This document shows, piece by piece, positions 9,342 to 19,016 of a stretch of DNA of 64,000 nt. The notes below the pieces were generated by a model. That model searched no databases, was not told where the DNA came from, and saw only the letters and a program-made list of their open reading frames with translations. The position numbers and the translations under genes were made by a program. How positions within the stretch are numbered: position 1 is the first letter of the stretch; the number at the start of each line of letters is the position of its first letter. The DNA is taken from contig CAVZQR010000017.1 in assembly GCA_963777445.1 (NCBI GenBank), forward strand, positions 5,226 through 69,225, in the 5' to 3' direction. The stretch comes from Candidatus Dormiibacterota bacterium. Lineage in GTDB: Bacteria; Chloroflexota; Dormibacteria; Aeolococcales; Aeolococcaceae.

Positions 9342-10133
9342 TCAGAAGACGATGTGCGGATCGATGAGGATCCCGGCACGCAGCAGGTGGATGTAGACAT
9401 CGGTGATGACGACGCTGAACATGCTGCACCACGCCCAGAGCGGGTGGCGCCGGTTGAGCACGGTCACCCATCGCCAGGCGCGGTAGCGGGCCTGTCCCAG
9501 CTGCGACTTCGAGTAGCAGTCAAGGCCGCCGCCGATGAGATGGCGCCACGAGTGGCAGCCGAATGTGTAGCCGCTGAGCAGGATGACGTTGACCAGCATG
9601 ATCCCGGTGCCGAGGCCGAGCTGCACGTGGCCGTTGGGCGCGAAGAAAGCGAGGTAGACGTCATACCAGAGGAAGCCGGTGACGATCAGCACGAGGTAGA
9701 AGAGGAACCGGTGGAGGTTGTTGAGGAAGAGCGGGAACGCGGTCTCGCCGCGGTACTTGCGGTGGCGGAGTTCACCGACCGCGCAGGACGGCGGATCCCA
9801 GAAGAACGAGCGGTAGTACGCCTTGCGGTAGTAGTAGCAGGTGGCCCGGAACAGCAGCGGCGACCCGAGCACCCAGAGGGCGGGGCTGACCGGGCCGGTC
9901 TTCCAGATGGTCGGCGAGTAGAACGGCGAGAGATACGTCCCGCTCTGATTGATCCCGCCGGTCAGGAATGCCGTCCAGACCGAATAGAGGCCGAAGAGGC
10001 CAAGCACGGTGACAACCGTCGCGGGCAGGACCCACCAGGGAAGGGAATTGAGGCTGCGCTCGATGAGCCCGGGACCGCTGAGAGGCGCGGAGGCGAGCGA
10101 TGCGGGCGATACCTTGGTGACCTGGATGGACAA
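9342..10133 (-). CDS. succinate dehydrogenase membrane anchor (single large polytopic subunit, mycobacterial Sdh1-like)
   Basis: 263-aa polytopic protein directly upstream of sdhA/sdhB. TAGGAT hexamer 9 nt upstream of TTG 10133. Family assignment comes from gene context and size. Confidence 0.7.
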   Translation of the reverse strand: MSIQVTKVSPASLASAPLSGPGLIERSLNSLPWWVLPATVVTVLGLFGLYSVWTAFLTGGINQSGTYLSPFYSPTIWKTGPVSPALWVLGSPLLFRATCYYYRKAYYRSFFWDPPSCAVGELRHRKYRGETAFPLFLNNLHRFLFYLVLIVTGFLWYDVYLAFFAPNGHVQLGLGTGIMLVNVILLSGYTFGCHSWRHLIGGGLDCYSKSQLGQARYRAWRWVTVLNRRHPLWAWCSMFSVVITDVYIHLLRAGILIDPHIVF

Positions 10134-10226
10134 GCGAGACCCATCCTAACCTCGCGACCGCCAAACGCGACCTCGGGCCATCGGCGGCGGTCACCTGGGT
10201 GCAGGTCCTACGGAATCCCCACTCCA

Positions 10227-10583
10227 CTAGTCAACTTTTCTATCCACGCGTGCTGCGTCCGAAGCGATGGTCACCTCGGTGAAGAAGCACGTTCGTTCAC
10301 CGGTATGGCATGCGGGGCCGTCAGGATCGACACGGAGCAGCACCGCATCGCCGTCACAGTCGATGCGAACTGCACGCACATGCATTGCGTTCCCGCTGGT
10401 TTCACCCTTCTCCCACACGCGCTGTCGCGACCTGCTGAAGAAGGTCGCGCGACGCGTGCGCAACGTTGCCTCCCACGCCTCGCGGTTCATGTGCGCGACC
10501 ATCAGGACCTCAAACGTCGTCGCATCCTGAACGACCGCGGTCACCAGCCCATCGGCACCGAAACGCGGCTCACGAGGATCCAT
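10227..10583 (-). CDS. hisI: phosphoribosyl-AMP cyclohydrolase (monofunctional, no HisE part)
   Basis: [20 protein letters not shown]...GETSGN...[10 protein letters not shown]...CHTG. ATGA overlap with hisF. Confidence 0.9.
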   Translation of the reverse strand: MDPREPRFGADGLVTAVVQDATTFEVLMVAHMNREAWEATLRTRRATFFSRSRQRVWEKGETSGNAMHVRAVRIDCDGDAVLLRVDPDGPACHTGERTCFFTEVTIASDAARVDRKVD

Positions 10584-11341
10584 CAGAGACGCACCTCCAC
10601 GCCGTGGTCGTGCAGGTAGCGCTTGGTCTCGGGGACGGGGTGCGCATCGAAATGGAAGATGGATGCGGCAAGGGCAGCATCCGCGCCCGCATCCTTCAGG
10701 ACCCGCCGCAGGTGCTCGGGACTGCCCGCGCCGCCACTTGCGATCACCGGGACATCCACTGCGGCGGTCACCGCAGCCGTCAGGTCCAGGTCGTAGCCGT
10801 TCTTGGTGCCGTCCTGATCCATCGATGTCAGCAGGATCTCGCCTGCCCCGCGCTCGGCTGCCTCGCGCGCCCACTCCACGGCGGTGCGCCCGGTCCCGCG
10901 ACGACCGCCGTGCGAGTGCACCTCGTGACCGCCTGCCGCTCGTCTGGCATCGATGGCGATCACGACGCACTGACGGCCAAATCGGTTTGCGGCAGCCTCG
11001 ATGAGCGGTGGATCGTCGAGCGCCGCCGTGTTGATGGAAACCTTGTCCGCGCCGGCGCGGAGCAGGACGTCGATATCCGCGATGCTGCGCACACCGCCGC
11101 CGACGGTGAGCGGGATGAACACCCGGTCGGCGGTCCGACGCACGGCGTCGAGCAGGATCGCGCGCCCGTCGCTCGATGCGGTGATGTCGAGGAAGACCAG
11201 CTCGTCAGCGCGGTCCTCGTCGTACCGCGCGGCCAGCTCGGCAGGGTCACCTGCATCGCGCAGGTCTACGAAGGCCACCCCCTTCACCACCCGACCCGCG
11301 ATGACGTCGAGACACGGAATGACACGCTTGGCGAGCGCCAT
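10583..11341 (-). CDS. hisF: imidazole glycerol phosphate synthase cyclase subunit
   Basis: [13 protein letters not shown]...LDITAS...PLTVGGGV...ASGGAG. ATGA overlaps at both ends. Confidence 0.95.
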   Translation of the reverse strand: MALAKRVIPCLDVIAGRVVKGVAFVDLRDAGDPAELAARYDEDRADELVFLDITASSDGRAILLDAVRRTADRVFIPLTVGGGVRSIADIDVLLRAGADKVSINTAALDDPPLIEAAANRFGRQCVVIAIDARRAAGGHEVHSHGGRRGTGRTAVEWAREAAERGAGEILLTSMDQDGTKNGYDLDLTAAVTAAVDVPVIASGGAGSPEHLRRVLKDAGADAALAASIFHFDAHPVPETKRYLHDHGVEVRL

Positions 11342-12069
11342 CAGGGAATCTCCCCGGCGGCAAGCGCCTCCGCAAGGTCGACGCGCCCTTCGTAGATCGC
11401 CTTCCCCACCACGACCCCGGCGGCTCCGGCAGCGGCGCAGGCTCTGATGTCGTCCACGCTGCCGACCCCGCCCGACGCGATCACCGGCCCCGCGTACAGC
11501 TCCTGACACGACCGCAGCCCGTCGAGATCCGGGCCGGTGAGCAACCCGTCTCGGGTGGTGTCCGTGTAGACGACACCTGCCGCGGGCCAGCCTCGCCAGG
11601 CGCGAAGCAGCTCGGCCGCCGTCAGTCCGTCCTCCGTCCAACCCTGCACGCGTGCCACCCCGGCCCGCACGTCGAGCCCGAGCAGGACATGACCATGCGC
11701 GGCAACGCAGATGGCGATCGCGAGATCCGGCTCTCTCGCGGCAACGCTCCCGAGGATGACACGTGAGGCGCCGGCGTCCAGCCAGCGCACTGCGGTGGCG
11801 ATGTCGCGGATGCCGCCCCCGATCTGCACGGCGCAGCCGGTCGCGACCCCAACCGCCACGATGCGCGCGACGGCGTCGGCACTGTCCAGCTTCGGCGCTC
11901 CCCGGGCGGCGTCGAGGTCGACGACGTGCAGCCTGGTCGCCCCCGCATCGATGAATCGCCGCGCGGCCAGCACGGGGTCATCCGCGTAGACCGTCTCCGC
12001 CGCGTGCTCGCCCTGACGCAGCCGCACGCAGCGGCCGCCCTGCACGTCGACGGCGGGGATCACGTCCAC
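11341..12069 (-). CDS. hisA: ProFAR isomerase
   Basis: [17 protein letters not shown]...VQIGGGIR...ASGGVGS. Confidence 0.92.
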   Translation of the reverse strand: MDVIPAVDVQGGRCVRLRQGEHAAETVYADDPVLAARRFIDAGATRLHVVDLDAARGAPKLDSADAVARIVAVGVATGCAVQIGGGIRDIATAVRWLDAGASRVILGSVAAREPDLAIAICVAAHGHVLLGLDVRAGVARVQGWTEDGLTAAELLRAWRGWPAAGVVYTDTTRDGLLTGPDLDGLRSCQELYAGPVIASGGVGSVDDIRACAAAGAAGVVVGKAIYEGRVDLAEALAAGEIP

Positions 12070-12072
12070 GAC

Positions 12073-12714
12073 TCACCCCGCGCGCTGCGCGGGCACCCGG
12101 ACCGCACACAGCGACACGAAATTCGCATACACGCGCAGACCGGACGCACCGCTCTTCTCGGGGTGAAACTGGGTGCCCATGATCGTCCCGCGCTGCACCG
12201 CGACCGCGAGCTCGCTTCCGTACTGGGTCACCGCCACTGCGTCGGCCGGCTCGGGCACGGCGACGTACGAGTGCACGAAGTACATGTACGAACCCGATGC
12301 GACGCCGTCCAGGAGCACCGACTCCCGAACCGTGGTGATCGTGTTCCAGCCCATGTGCGGCACCTTGAGGCCGCCGCCGGCCGCGAGCTTGACGACATGG
12401 CCGCGCAGCAGTGCGAGCCCCTCGCCGCCGTGGCCTTCGTCACTGCCCTCGAACAGCAGCTGGTGGCCGAGGCAGACTCCGAGCACCGGCCGGGCCTGCT
12501 CCGCCAGCTCGCGTACCGCGGAACCGAGGCCCGTGTCCCGCAATGCCCCCGCAGCGACCGAGAACGCTCCCACCCCGGGAAGCACCACGCCGTCGCAGCC
12601 GGCGATCACGTCGGGATCACCACTGATCACCGGCTCGGCACCGGCGACGCGGAGCGCACGCTCGACGCTGCGCAGGTTGCCAACCCCGTAGTCGCACACG
12701 CCGACTCTCGGCAT
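12073..12714 (-). CDS. hisH: imidazole glycerol phosphate synthase glutaminase subunit
   Basis: MPRVGVCDYGVGNLRSV...GVCLGHQLL...FHPEKS. ATG 12714 overlaps the hisB stop as ATGA. Confidence 0.93.
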   Translation of the reverse strand: MPRVGVCDYGVGNLRSVERALRVAGAEPVISGDPDVIAGCDGVVLPGVGAFSVAAGALRDTGLGSAVRELAEQARPVLGVCLGHQLLFEGSDEGHGGEGLALLRGHVVKLAAGGGLKVPHMGWNTITTVRESVLLDGVASGSYMYFVHSYVAVPEPADAVAVTQYGSELAVAVQRGTIMGTQFHPEKSGASGLRVYANFVSLCAVRVPAQRAG

Positions 12715-13304
12715 CACAGCATCCCTTTCGTCGACGGCACACCCCCACCGATCACCTTGAATGCCTCGCGGGTGGCCAGCCCCAGCGCTTTGAACGCAGC
12801 CTCGGCGATGTGATGCAGATTGTCGCCGCGAATGCAGTCCACGTGAATGGTCGCGCCGGCCGCCTGCGCGTACCCCTTGATGAACTCGGCAATGATCTCG
12901 ACGTCGAAGTCGTTGATGCGACCGCGGAGCGGCTCCATGGCGTAGACGACGTGCGGACGGCGGCCGTAGTCGACCACGCAACGGACGAGCGACTCGTCCA
13001 GGGGCGCGTGTGCCTCTCCGAAACGGCGGATGCCGTTGCGGTCGCCGAGCGCCTCGCTGACGGCTGCCCCGAGCACGAGGCCGACATCCTCGACCAGATG
13101 ATGCGCATCCACGTCGATGTCACCGGCACCCTCGAGCGTGACATCCATGCCGCTGTACTTGGTGAACGCCTCGATCATGTGCTTGAAGAACGGCAGTGGG
13201 AGGGTGATCGCCGCACTGCCGGTGCCGTCGATGTTCACGGACGCGCTGATCTGCGTCTCGCGAGTGTCGCGGCGCGTCGCGGCGGTCCTGGTGCCCAGTG
13301 TCAT
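12714..13304 (-). CDS. hisB: imidazoleglycerol-phosphate dehydratase (monofunctional)
   Basis: RETQISASVNIDG...DAHHLVEDVG...NLHHIAEAAFKALG. Confidence 0.93.
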   Translation of the reverse strand: MTLGTRTAATRRDTRETQISASVNIDGTGSAAITLPLPFFKHMIEAFTKYSGMDVTLEGAGDIDVDAHHLVEDVGLVLGAAVSEALGDRNGIRRFGEAHAPLDESLVRCVVDYGRRPHVVYAMEPLRGRINDFDVEIIAEFIKGYAQAAGATIHVDCIRGDNLHHIAEAAFKALGLATREAFKVIGGGVPSTKGML

Positions 13305-14644
13305 GATTCCTGCCGGACGCGCAGGCGGGTGCGGATGGCTCGCTCATGCGCGCCCAATCCCTCTGCCTCGGCAAGGCAGATCGCCACCGGCGCGAGTGCG
13401 CCGAACTCCGCATCGGAGAGGTGCACAACGCTCGGCCAGCGGATGAAGTCCATCACCGCGAGCGGTCCGCGATATCGCGCGGCGCCCTGGGTCGGCAGCG
13501 TGTGGTTCGGTCCGGCGACATAGTCCCCGATGCTCACCGGTGACATCGATCCCACGAACACGGCGCCGGCGTTGCGCACCGAGTCGCGCAGCGACTCGGC
13601 GACGGCTCCCTGCAGCGAGAGATGCTCCGGCGCGAAGGCGGCCGCGAGCGCGAGCATCTCGTCCGGCGATGCGCAGTGCACCATCGCGGCGTGCTTGCCC
13701 GCAGCCATGGCGATGATCTCGCTGCGCGCCGCATCGGTCGCGGCCTCGGCGAATCGGGCAGCGATGGCCGCGGCGAGCGGACCGTCATCGGTGAGGCAGA
13801 CAGCCCACGCGAGGGGATCGTGCTCGAGCTGCGACACGAGGTCGGCGGCAACCATGTCGGGGTCAGCCCCGGCGGTCGCGATCACCACGATCTCGCTCGG
13901 CCCTGCGAGTTGATCGATGCCCACAGCGCCGAACACCTCGTGCTTCGCAAGGGTGACGAACGCGTTGCCGGGTCCGACGATCATGTCGACCCGGTCGATG
14001 CTCTCGGTACCGAAGGCGAGCGCCGCGATCGCCTGCGCCCCACCGGCGATGACGACCTCGCGCACGCCCAGCAGGTGCGCCGCCGCCGCCACCAGGGGGT
14101 GGACGCCACCGGTGGACCCGGGCGGGCTCGCGACCACGATGCGCTCGACGCCGGCAACCTGTGCCGGAATCACCGACATGAGGACCGTGCTCGGGTAGGC
14201 CGCGCGCCCGCCCGGGACGTAGCACCCAACACGCCCGAGCGGGACTGGATGGAGCCAGGCACCGCCGGCACCGCGATCGAGCACGTCCAATTGCAGCGCG
14301 TGGAATTCGCGGATCCGCTCCGCCGCGGCGGCGAGAGCGGTGCGCAGCGGTTGCTCGAGCCCCTCCCACGCCGCCCGCATCTGCGCCGGGTCGACGTGGA
14401 CCAACTCGACATCGACGCCGTCGATGCGATAGGTCCATTCGCGGAGTGCGGCGTCGCCGCCGGTTCTGACGTCGGCGATGATCTCGCGCACGGCGTCCCG
14501 CGCACCGATCCTGCGATGGAAGAGCTGCTCCAGGCGCTCGGCGGTCGCCGGGTCCATATCGGCCGCCGAGAACCCATCGCGCCGGCGCTCGAAGATGACC
14601 GAACGGAACTGGGCTGGATCGAGGCGTGCGAGCTCGATGCTCAT
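13301..14644 (-). CDS. hisD: histidinol dehydrogenase
   Basis: MSIELARLD...GGAQAIAALAFGTESI...GPGNAFV...GDYVAGPNHTLPT. ATGA overlaps with hisG and hisB; the ORF-track extension to 15055 is rejected. Confidence 0.93.
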   Translation of the reverse strand: MSIELARLDPAQFRSVIFERRRDGFSAADMDPATAERLEQLFHRRIGARDAVREIIADVRTGGDAALREWTYRIDGVDVELVHVDPAQMRAAWEGLEQPLRTALAAAAERIREFHALQLDVLDRGAGGAWLHPVPLGRVGCYVPGGRAAYPSTVLMSVIPAQVAGVERIVVASPPGSTGGVHPLVAAAAHLLGVREVVIAGGAQAIAALAFGTESIDRVDMIVGPGNAFVTLAKHEVFGAVGIDQLAGPSEIVVIATAGADPDMVAADLVSQLEHDPLAWAVCLTDDGPLAAAIAARFAEAATDAARSEIIAMAAGKHAAMVHCASPDEMLALAAAFAPEHLSLQGAVAESLRDSVRNAGAVFVGSMSPVSIGDYVAGPNHTLPTQGAARYRGPLAVMDFIRWPSVVHLSDAEFGALAPVAICLAEAEGLGAHERAIRTRLRVRQES

Positions 14645-15294
14645 GCGGCGCCTGCGGTGAGGCGCGCCGCTGCAGCACGCCGGAGCGCGACCGCGAGGGC
14701 GCCCACCGACTCGTTGCGCGTCTTCAGCGCCGCGTGATTGGCGATCAGGCGCGCAGTCGACGTTCCCGCCTCGACGATCTCGACCAGGTTGTTCGCCGCC
14801 AGGGTCCGTCCGGTTGCACTGATGTCGAGCACGCAGTCCGCAAGCCCGGTCAGGGGCGCAAGCTCCACCGACCCATGCAGACGGATCACCACGACATTCA
14901 ACGAGCGCGCCGCGAAGAAACGGCGCGCAGATACGGGGTACTTGGTCGCGACCCGCAGCGCCTGCGGCCACACCCCATGCGCGAGCGCGGAGTCGCGGGG
15001 CGCCGCGAGCACCAGGCGGCACCGACCGAATCCGAGATCGGCAAGCTCGTAGCATTCACGGCTGCTCTCCCACAGGACGTCCTTGCCGACGATGCCGCAT
15101 TCACAGCCGCCCATCTCGACGTACACGGGCACGTCGGTCGGTCGCACCTTCACGTACACATCGTCGCCGTCGCGAATGCTCAACTCGCGGTCGAACCGAG
15201 CCGGATCGAGTCGCGCGACTCCCGCGGCATTCAGCAGGTTGCATGCACTCTCGAAAAGTGTGCCGCCCGGGAGCGCGACACGCAGGCCCTTCAT
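14641..15294 (-). CDS. hisG: ATP phosphoribosyltransferase, short form (HisZ-dependent)
   Basis: 217 aa with no C-terminal regulatory domain. MKGLRVALPGG...GIVGKDVL...DISATGRTL. Confidence 0.9.
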   Translation of the reverse strand: MKGLRVALPGGTLFESACNLLNAAGVARLDPARFDRELSIRDGDDVYVKVRPTDVPVYVEMGGCECGIVGKDVLWESSRECYELADLGFGRCRLVLAAPRDSALAHGVWPQALRVATKYPVSARRFFAARSLNVVVIRLHGSVELAPLTGLADCVLDISATGRTLAANNLVEIVEAGTSTARLIANHAALKTRNESVGALAVALRRAAAARLTAGAA

Positions 15295-16538
15295 GGCGTC
15301 CGCGACACCAGTGCGGCGACCGCCGCGTCGATGGTGCCGCGCTCATCGAGTCCGAGGTGCGACCACCGCACTCCCGACGCGCCAACCCTGACGTCACCGT
15401 CACCACCTGCTGCGAGGTCGCAGGCGCAGGCAACACCGCGCCGGCGCAGGTCGCGCGCAAGCTCCAGCGCATCGGCGTGCACATCGCTCTCCCAGCTGAC
15501 CTGCAGCGCAGCCGGTTCGTCACCTGCGCTCGCGCGCCGGGCCATGCTGTCATTGCAGCGGTCGACGTGGAGCACGAAGCCGGTCGCGGGAAGCGCGGCG
15601 CCGAAACGGGACAGCAGCGAGTCGTACCGCCCCCCGGACCCCAGCGCGAATCCCGAGTCCACGCTGAACATTTCGAAGGTCGGTCCGGTGTAGTAGTCCC
15701 AGTCGCGAACCGCGCCGAGATCGAGGTGCACCCGGTCGGTGATGGCGTGCGCTTCGAGCAGATCCCAGAGTTGCGCAAGCTCCTGCAGCGCGCGATGCGG
15801 GCGTGCGCCGCGCAGTCCCCCTGCGGCCGTGTCGAGGATCTCCCGCCCGCCGCGAAGTGTCGGAAATGCCAGCAGCAGGCGCCGCTCGGCGTCTGCCGCG
15901 TCCGTCCCTTCCAGTGCCGACTCGACGGCGACGAGATCCCGCCTCGCGAGTGCGGCGAGGACCTCCTCACGCGCGGTCGCGTCCAGCCCCGCCGAATCCA
16001 GCAGTCCGGGAATGAAGTCCGCGTGCCCGACGTCGACCTGAATGTGGTCGACTCCCGCGTGCTCGAGCGCGGCCGCGGCCAGCGCGATGCACTCCGCGTC
16101 GGCGGCGAGGCCCTCAGCACCGATGAGCTCGCAACCCGCCTGGAGGCTCTCGCGGCGCCGTCCCGCGTTGAGCGCCTGGTTGCGCAGCACCGAGCCCGCA
16201 TAGCAGAGACGCAGCGGAAAGGGTCCGTCGTGGAGTTGGGTCGCGACCACCCGCGCGACACTCACGGTGCGCTCACCGACCAGCGCGAGCAGCGCGCCGT
16301 CCGAGTCCATGAAGCGGAAAAGGGCCGACTGTTGCGCACCGCTCACCCCCGCGGCGATGGTGTCCAGTGGCTCGATCAGCGGGGTGACCATGAAGCCGTA
16401 GCCCCAGGCCTCGAAGGTCTCGATGAGCCGATCGGTGAGCAGCCGCCGGCGGGCGGCCGGCCCGACGAGGTAGTCCGCGAACCCGTCGGCTCGCCCTCGG
16501 ACGGAGGCGCCGGGGGGCAGCGCGTCAAGGCCTGTCAT
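15291..16538 (-). CDS. hisZ: ATP phosphoribosyltransferase regulatory subunit (HisRS paralogue)
   Basis: 415 aa, class II aaRS-like core (RLCYAGSVLR, GSGGRYD), located immediately upstream of short hisG. Confidence 0.88.
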   Translation of the reverse strand: MTGLDALPPGASVRGRADGFADYLVGPAARRRLLTDRLIETFEAWGYGFMVTPLIEPLDTIAAGVSGAQQSALFRFMDSDGALLALVGERTVSVARVVATQLHDGPFPLRLCYAGSVLRNQALNAGRRRESLQAGCELIGAEGLAADAECIALAAAALEHAGVDHIQVDVGHADFIPGLLDSAGLDATAREEVLAALARRDLVAVESALEGTDAADAERRLLLAFPTLRGGREILDTAAGGLRGARPHRALQELAQLWDLLEAHAITDRVHLDLGAVRDWDYYTGPTFEMFSVDSGFALGSGGRYDSLLSRFGAALPATGFVLHVDRCNDSMARRASAGDEPAALQVSWESDVHADALELARDLRRRGVACACDLAAGGDGDVRVGASGVRWSHLGLDERGTIDAAVAALVSRTP

Positions 16539-16565
16539 GCGGGGATTCTACGTGCCACTCAGGAT

Positions 16566-17615
16566 TTACCCGTTGAGGGCGGCGATGACGGCGAGCACTC
16601 GATCGGTCGCCGTCCGGTCCCCGACGGTGATCCGCAGCGCCCCATCGAGACCGGGGAGGGTGAAGCGGCGCACGAGGATCCTCGCCTCCCGAAGGCGTGC
16701 CGCGGCCGCTGCAGCGGTGACCCCCTGCGGCGGCGACGCGAAGACGAAGTTCGCCTCCGACGGCTCAACCGTCCATCCGAGCGCAGTCAGTCGATCGCTC
16801 AGGCGCGCGCGCTCGCGAAGCACGGTGTCGACGATCAGGCGATGGTGTTCATGATCTTCCACGGCTGCGATTGCCCCGGCGATCGCGCAACGATCAACGG
16901 GATAGGAGTCGCGCACGGCATTGAGGTCGGCGATCACCGCGCGATCACCGAGTGCATATCCGACGCGGAGCCCCGCGAGCGCGTGTGACTTCGAAAGGGT
17001 CCGGATCACCAGCCAGTTCGGATGCGAGGCGAGCAGCGGAACGCACGACCCGGGCGCGAAATCGCAGTACGCCTCGTCGATCGCAACGATGCCCTGAGCA
17101 TCGCGAAGCACCGCCTCGACGGCCTCGGGCTCGATCCAGTGCCCGGTTGGCGAGTTCGGATTGACGACCACACGCAACACCCCTGCACGAAGTGCGAAAT
17201 CCCGTGGCAGCGAGCGATCCGGTTGGATCGCCACCGCCACGTCGCTCACCGAGAAGAGCGCCGCCAGCACCGGGAGCAGCGAGTATCCGGGCTCGGTCCG
17301 CACCACCGAGTCACCCGGTGACGCGAACGCACGAAAGCAGCAGTCCAGCACCTGGTCGGCGCCGTTGGCGACGAACACCTGCTCCGGTTCGACGCCGTGC
17401 AGACGCGCGAGCGCACTCCGCAGAGGCTCGGCAACCGGGCTCGGATAGCGAGCCAGATCGGCAGCCGCGCCGGCCACGGCCGCAGCCACGGTCGCCGATG
17501 GCGGCAGCGGTGACTCGTTGCTGTTGAGCTTCAACCAGCCTTCCGCGTCCGACGGCTGCTCTCCCGGCGTGTATCCGAAGTCAGCACCGAGTGACGCACG
17601 CAAGAACCCCGACAT
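16566..17615 (-). CDS. hisC: histidinol-phosphate aminotransferase
   Basis: LNSNESPLPP...NPNSPTG...DEAY...TLSKSHALAGLRVGY. Confidence 0.92.
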   Translation of the reverse strand: MSGFLRASLGADFGYTPGEQPSDAEGWLKLNSNESPLPPSATVAAAVAGAAADLARYPSPVAEPLRSALARLHGVEPEQVFVANGADQVLDCCFRAFASPGDSVVRTEPGYSLLPVLAALFSVSDVAVAIQPDRSLPRDFALRAGVLRVVVNPNSPTGHWIEPEAVEAVLRDAQGIVAIDEAYCDFAPGSCVPLLASHPNWLVIRTLSKSHALAGLRVGYALGDRAVIADLNAVRDSYPVDRCAIAGAIAAVEDHEHHRLIVDTVLRERARLSDRLTALGWTVEPSEANFVFASPPQGVTAAAAAARLREARILVRRFTLPGLDGALRITVGDRTATDRVLAVIAALNG

Positions 17616-17670
17616 GGCGTGATCAGGATGGTTCGGTTGCGTTCTGCATGGCTGTCGAAAGGATAGGTGG

Positions 17671-17700
17671 TTGACGCCGGAGATCGAGCGCTGCTACGCT
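17671..17700 (+). promoter_or_regulatory. candidate promoter of the lysine cluster leader (TTGACG - 18 nt - TACGCT)
   Basis: Hexamers read directly. The -10 ends 10 nt before GTG 17711. Confidence 0.4.
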
Positions 17701-17710
17701 TCGGGACGTC

Positions 17711-17788
17711 GTGCAGACATCAGTGCGCCTTGCCAAAAAAGCCGTCTCGCTCCCGAGGAGTGGGTTCCTTTGCGCACGGATGAGGTGA
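17711..17788 (+). CDS. candidate lysine leader peptide MQTSVRLAKKAVSLPRSGFLCARMR with tandem AAA AAA codons
   Basis: Own translation. The A6 run at 17735-17740 is conspicuous in GC-rich DNA. The ORF ends 33 nt before an intrinsic terminator that precedes hcs. Confidence 0.45.
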   Translation: MQTSVRLAKKAVSLPRSGFLCARMR

Positions 17789-17820
17789 CGGCGACCAGTT
17801 AGCACCGGATCAGATTCCGC

Positions 17821-17856
17821 GAAGAGCCCCTTCCTCGAAGGGGCTCTTTCTTTTTG
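17821..17856 (+). terminator. intrinsic terminator/attenuator in the hcs 5' leader
   Basis: 12-bp GC-rich stem AAGAGCCCCTTC / GAAGGGGCTCTT, 3-nt loop, then TTCTTTTTG. No plus-strand gene lies upstream, and hcs starts 23 nt downstream. Confidence 0.75.
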
Positions 17857-17878
17857 TCCACCACCACAAACGGAAGAC

Positions 17879-19006
17879 ATGAGCATCACCTCGTTTCGCA
17901 TCATCGACAGCACGCTCCGCGAGGGCGAGCAGTTCGCGCTCGCCCATTTCACGGTCGAACAGAAGCTCGCCATCGCGGCGGCGCTCGACCGTTTCGGGGT
18001 CGACTACATGGAGCTCACCTCACCGGTGGCGTCACCGCAATCGGAATCCGATCTTCGCCGGGTGGCGCAGACCGAGCGGCGTTTCCGGCTGCTCACCCAC
18101 GTGCGCTGCAATCTCGACGACGCGAGGCTCGCCATCGACACCGGGGTTGACGGCGTCGACGTCCTGATCGCCACATCATCACGGCTCCGGCCTGTTTCCC
18201 ATGGGATGAGCATCGACCAGATCATCGAGATCGGGGCCACGGTGGTCGGTGAGATCCGGGGCGCCGGCCGTGAAGCGCGTTTCAGCACCGAGGACTCCTT
18301 CCGATCCGATCCGGACGACCTGGTGCGCATCTATCGTGCCATCGACCGAGCCGGTGTGGACCGCGTCGGACTCGCAGATACCGTGGGGGTTGCAACTCCC
18401 CCCCAGGTCCACGATCTCGTGTCACTCGTCCGCCGAAACGTCGGCTGCGACATCGAGTTCCACGCCCACGACGACACCGGGTGCGCGGTGGCGAACGCGC
18501 TTGCGGCGCTCGAGGCGGGCGCGACGCATGTGGACACGACCATCCTCGGCATCGGGGAGCGCAACGGCATCGTCCCGCTCTCCGCAATGATGGCGAGGCT
18601 GGTGACCGTCCAGCCGGAGCTGGTCGAGCACTATCGCCTGGAGATGCTTCCCGAGCTCGACGCGATGCTCGCGGAGATCCTCGGGATTGCCGTTCCGTTC
18701 AATGCTGCGGTCACGGCGCCGACGGCGTTTCACCACAAGGCGGGCATGCACACCAAGGCCGTGCTCGCCGATCCCGGCGCCTACGAGGTCCTGGACCCCG
18801 CACGGTTCGGACGCGAGCGCAGCATCCTCGCCGGCCATCGTCTCGCCGGACGCCACGCGATCGGCGATCGCGCCACCGCGCTGGGCGTCCGTCTGGATGA
18901 TGCCCGCCTGCGAAGCCTCACCGCCGAGGTGAAGCGTCGTGGCGACGACGGTCCGCTCGACGTCGCGACCCTCGATGCATTGATCGTCAGCTGGGCACGG
19001 GCATAA
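17879..19006 (+). CDS. hcs: homocitrate synthase (alpha-aminoadipate pathway)
   Basis: IIDSTLREGEQ, LTSPVASPQS, RVGLADTVGVATP, HAHDDTGCAVANA, TTILGIGERNG, HKAGMH. Co-linear by eye with my recollection of the Thermus HCS sequence. Confidence 0.88.
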   Translation: MSITSFRIIDSTLREGEQFALAHFTVEQKLAIAAALDRFGVDYMELTSPVASPQSESDLRRVAQTERRFRLLTHVRCNLDDARLAIDTGVDGVDVLIATSSRLRPVSHGMSIDQIIEIGATVVGEIRGAGREARFSTEDSFRSDPDDLVRIYRAIDRAGVDRVGLADTVGVATPPQVHDLVSLVRRNVGCDIEFHAHDDTGCAVANALAALEAGATHVDTTILGIGERNGIVPLSAMMARLVTVQPELVEHYRLEMLPELDAMLAEILGIAVPFNAAVTAPTAFHHKAGMHTKAVLADPGAYEVLDPARFGRERSILAGHRLAGRHAIGDRATALGVRLDDARLRSLTAEVKRRGDDGPLDVATLDALIVSWARA

Positions 19007-19016
19007 GGGGATCGAG

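Noticed and set aside
17857-17869. CAC CAC CAC run right after the terminator, considered as a possible histidine leader for the adjacent his operon.
   Set aside because: It is on the plus strand, whereas the his operon is on the minus strand. It has no start codon in frame and lies 10 nt before the hcs ATG.
17701-17878. Lysine (L-box) riboswitch upstream of hcs.
   Set aside because: The leader is only about 170 nt, and I could not find the conserved L-box core elements. A KK leader ORF plus terminator fits better. A covariance-model scan would settle it.
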